From NCBI GenBank assembly GCA_016184305.1, contig JACPCX010000186.1, positions 1 to 28,608 on the forward strand: a stretch of DNA of 28,608 nt, given 5' to 3'. Origin of the DNA: Candidatus Rokuibacteriota bacterium (GTDB lineage: Bacteria; Methylomirabilota; Methylomirabilia; Rokubacteriales; CSP1-6). Of the stretch, positions 26,326-28,608 are shown piece after piece. Position 1 is the first letter of the stretch; every line of letters begins with the position of its first letter. The translations under genes and the position numbers were made by a program. The notes under the pieces were generated by a model. It saw nothing but the letters and a program-made list of their open reading frames with translations, ran no database searches and was not told the DNA's origin.

Positions 26326-27333
26326 ATGATCATCAGCCGGACGCCGTTCCGCGTCTCGTTCTTCGGCGGGGGCACCGACTACCCGGTCTGGTTCCGCGAG
26401 CACGGCGGCGCGGTGCTGGCCACCACGATCAACAAGTACTGCTACATCTCCTGCCGCTACCTGCCGCCCTTCTTCAGCCACAAGAGCCGCGTGGTCTGGT
26501 CGCAGATCGAGCTGGTCCAGGAGCGCGAGGAGATCCAGCACCCGGTGGTGCGCGAGGCCCTGGGCGTCCTCGGCGTCACCGAAGGCATCGAGCTCCACCA
26601 CCAGGGCGACCTCCCGGCCCGCACGGGCCTCGGCTCCAGCAGCGCCTTCACCGTGGGCGTCCTCAACGCGCTACACGGGCTGCGCGGGGTCATGGCGGGC
26701 AAGGAGCGGCTCGCCCGCGAGGCGATCCTGATCGAGCAGGAGCGGCTGAAGGAGCATGTCGGCTGCCAGGACCAGGTCATCGCCGCCTACGGCGGCTTCA
26801 ACCGCGTCGACTTCTGGGGCGAGGGCCAGTTCCGCACCTCGCCCATCATGATCACCTGGGAGCGGCTCAACGAGCTCCAGGATCACCTGATGCTCTTCTT
26901 CACCGGGCTCTCGCGTACCGCCTCCGACATCGCCGCGGAGCAGGTCAGCGTGTCCCCGCAGAAGGCGCGCGAGCTGCGGGTGATGCATCAGATGGTGGAC
27001 GAGGCGGTCAACATCCTGAAAAGCCCGCACGGCCTCGGCGACTTCGGCAAGCTGCTGGACGAGGGCTGGCAGCTCAAGCGGAGCCTCACCGGCCGGATCT
27101 CCACGCCCTATATCGACGAGCTCTACGAGCGGGCGCGGCGGGGCGGCTGCACGGGCGGCAAGCTCATCGGCGCCGGCGGCGGCGGCTTCCTCCTGCTCTT
27201 CGCCCCGCCGGAGTCGCAAGCGGATGTCGCCGCGGCGCTCGGCGGGCTTCTCCAGGTGCCCTTCCGCTTCGAGTCCGTCGGCAGCCACGTGATCTTCTAC
27301 GAGCGGCCGGACCTGCCTCCCGGACGGCTGTAG
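26326..27333 (+). CDS. hddA: GHMP kinase, D-glycero-D-manno-heptose-7-phosphate kinase-like
   Basis: SRTPFRVSFFGGGTDYP, DLPARTGLGSSS, VGCQDQ..AAYGGFN, GGKLIGAGGGGFLL; GAGGAGG RBS. Confidence 0.88.
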   Translation: MIISRTPFRVSFFGGGTDYPVWFREHGGAVLATTINKYCYISCRYLPPFFSHKSRVVWSQIELVQEREEIQHPVVREALGVLGVTEGIELHHQGDLPARTGLGSSSAFTVGVLNALHGLRGVMAGKERLAREAILIEQERLKEHVGCQDQVIAAYGGFNRVDFWGEGQFRTSPIMITWERLNELQDHLMLFFTGLSRTASDIAAEQVSVSPQKARELRVMHQMVDEAVNILKSPHGLGDFGKLLDEGWQLKRSLTGRISTPYIDELYERARRGGCTGGKLIGAGGGGFLLLFAPPESQADVAAALGGLLQVPFRFESVGSHVIFYERPDLPPGRL

Positions 27334-27343
27334 GGCCCCCGCG

Positions 27344-28330
27344 GTGACGCGTCCGGAGCGGTCGTTCCAGCGAGTGCTCATCACCGGCATCGGCGGGTCC
27401 GGCGGGAGCTATCTCGCCGAGCACATCGTCGAGAGCCACCCCGAGGTCGAGGTGCACGGGCTCTCCCGCTGGCACAGCACCACGCGGAACAACCTCGCCC
27501 GCATCATCGAGCGGGTGACGGTGCACGAGGCCGACCTGCGCGACTTCGGCTCCACCTTCGCGGTGCTCCGCGAGGTGAGGCCCGAGGCGATCTTCCACCT
27601 GGCGGCCCACGCCAACGTGCGCGCATCGTTCGTGACGCCGAGCGCCGTGCTCGCCGACAACATCCTGGGCACGAATCACCTCCTCGAGGCCGTGCGGCTC
27701 CTGGGCCTCGACCCGACGATCCAGCTCTGCAGCACCTCCGAGGTGTACGGCGTGGTGGACCCCGCGCGGTTGCCCATCGACGAGGACACGCCCATGCGCC
27801 CGGCGAGCCCCTACGCCGTCTCCAAGGCGGCGCAGGACATGCTGGGCTGGAGCTACTTCCTGAGCTACGGGATGCGCATCATCCGCACGCGGATGTTCAC
27901 CTACCTCAACCCGCGGCGCGCCGATCTCTTCGCCACGGCCTTCGCGCGCCAGGTGGCGCGCATCGAGCGGGGGCTCCAGGCGGAACTGCTGCACGGCAAC
28001 CTGGACTCCGTCCGCACCATGCTCGACGTGCGGGACGCCATGCGCGCGTACTGGGAGGCGCTCGGCCACTGCGAGCCCGGGGAGGCCTACAATATCGGCG
28101 GCGCAACCACCATGACGGTGGGCGGCGTGCTGGCCCGCCTCGTGGCGCTGGCCGACACGCCGATCCCGACGCGGCTCGACCCGCGCCTCCTGCGCCCGGC
28201 GGATGTGACGCTGCAGATCCCGAACGTGGACAAGTTCGTCAAGGCCACGGGCTGGCAGCCGCGCCACCCCTTCGAGGAGAGCCTGGCGTATCTGCTCGCG
28301 CATTGGCGGGCCGAGGTCGCCCGCGAATAG
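27344..28330 (+). CDS. GDP-sugar 4,6-dehydratase, Gmd/DmhA-like (possibly GDP-manno-heptose dehydratase)
   Basis: VLITGIGGSGGSYLAE, IFHLAA, CSTSEVYG, ASPYAVSK, TRMFTYLNPRR, GNLDSVRTMLDVRDAMRAY, LRPADV. Confidence 0.85.
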   Translation: MTRPERSFQRVLITGIGGSGGSYLAEHIVESHPEVEVHGLSRWHSTTRNNLARIIERVTVHEADLRDFGSTFAVLREVRPEAIFHLAAHANVRASFVTPSAVLADNILGTNHLLEAVRLLGLDPTIQLCSTSEVYGVVDPARLPIDEDTPMRPASPYAVSKAAQDMLGWSYFLSYGMRIIRTRMFTYLNPRRADLFATAFARQVARIERGLQAELLHGNLDSVRTMLDVRDAMRAYWEALGHCEPGEAYNIGGATTMTVGGVLARLVALADTPIPTRLDPRLLRPADVTLQIPNVDKFVKATGWQPRHPFEESLAYLLAHWRAEVARE

Positions 28331-28467
28331 GGGTCAGGTCTTGCATTACGACATCGGCAGCGGTGCGGTCTTGCATTGGGATCACGTCAGGGCACTGGTC
28401 ATCGTGTGCCGCTGGGAGCGTAACAGCCGGGGCCGGGGCTACGTGTCGGATTGCAAGACCTGACCCC
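28330..28467. repeat. REP/REPIN-like inverted repeat, copy 2
   Basis: GGGGTCAGGTCTTGCATTACGACA (28330-28353) ... TGTCGGATTGCAAGACCTGACCCC (28444-28467); same units as copy 1 in inverted order, with a partial internal unit GGTCTTGCATT at 28367-28377. Confidence 0.9.
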
Positions 28468-28608
28468 CTGGAGGGGGGCAGGAGGCGAGGGCGTCGGGTG
28501 GGGCGGAGCCGCGGGCGGAGAGGCGGCGGAGGCCCGCGCAGGCCTCCGGGAGCCCCGGGTTGAGCCTCAGCGCCTCGGCGAAGCGGACGGCAGCGCCGCG
28601 GTCGCTCC
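28439..28608 (-). CDS. C-terminal end of a convergent TPR-containing protein (starts beyond the window)
   Basis: Not in the ORF track. Minus frame from 28606 reads SDRGAAVRFAEALRLNPGLPEACAGLRR...GGQVLQSDT*; FAEALRLNP..PEA..GL is a TPR pattern. TAG at 28441-28439. Confidence 0.6.
   Translation of the reverse strand, partial: SDRGAAVRFAEALRLNPGLPEACAGLRRLSARGSAPPDALASCPPPGGQVLQSDT

Noticed and set aside
5039..28330. Many long overlapping or antisense ORFs (e.g. 6131..8221, 9773..11272, 11722..13362, 18648..20888, 20656..22689, 24793..26601)
   Set aside because: No recognisable motifs and low-complexity composition; explained by stop-codon scarcity opposite real genes in high-GC DNA.
23850..28467. 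GGGGTCAGGTCTTGCA repeats as a CRISPR array or as the ends of a composite transposon
   Set aside because: The units are inverted pairs rather than regularly spaced direct repeats, no cas or transposase gene lies between them, and the enclosed genes continue the same operon.

Overview
Very GC-rich bacterial window. The left end holds two small toxin-antitoxin-type gene pairs (an AbiEii-family nucleotidyltransferase with a partner gene, and DUF4160/DUF2442) and an htrA/degP-family gene that has lost its catalytic-serine motif through an apparent in-frame deletion. The rest is a cell-surface glycosylation island. A single Ser/Thr-rich type IV pilin gene, with a near-consensus sigma54 promoter, an IHF-like site and a 3' hairpin, sits among about eight GT-C-like membrane glycosyltransferase genes: YfhO plus a decayed copy, two tandem TMTC-like TPR proteins, a PMT/ArnT-like protein, a paralogous pair from a family I cannot name (one frameshifted), and a further multi-TM protein. 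A DPM1-like GT2 is transcribed divergently from a nucleotide-sugar operon encoding TPP-dependent E1 alpha/beta (no E2/E3 in the window), a ColD-type PLP 3-dehydratase, an SDR epimerase/reductase, a B12 radical SAM enzyme, an HddA heptose kinase and a DmhA/Gmd-like 4,6-dehydratase. Together these suggest an unusual branched, possibly methylated 3,6-dideoxy(heptose) sugar used for pilin or surface glycosylation; this is inference. An IS91-family transposase remnant and REP/REPIN-like inverted repeats embedded in gene ends are also present. All family calls come from motif recognition by eye, not database searches.
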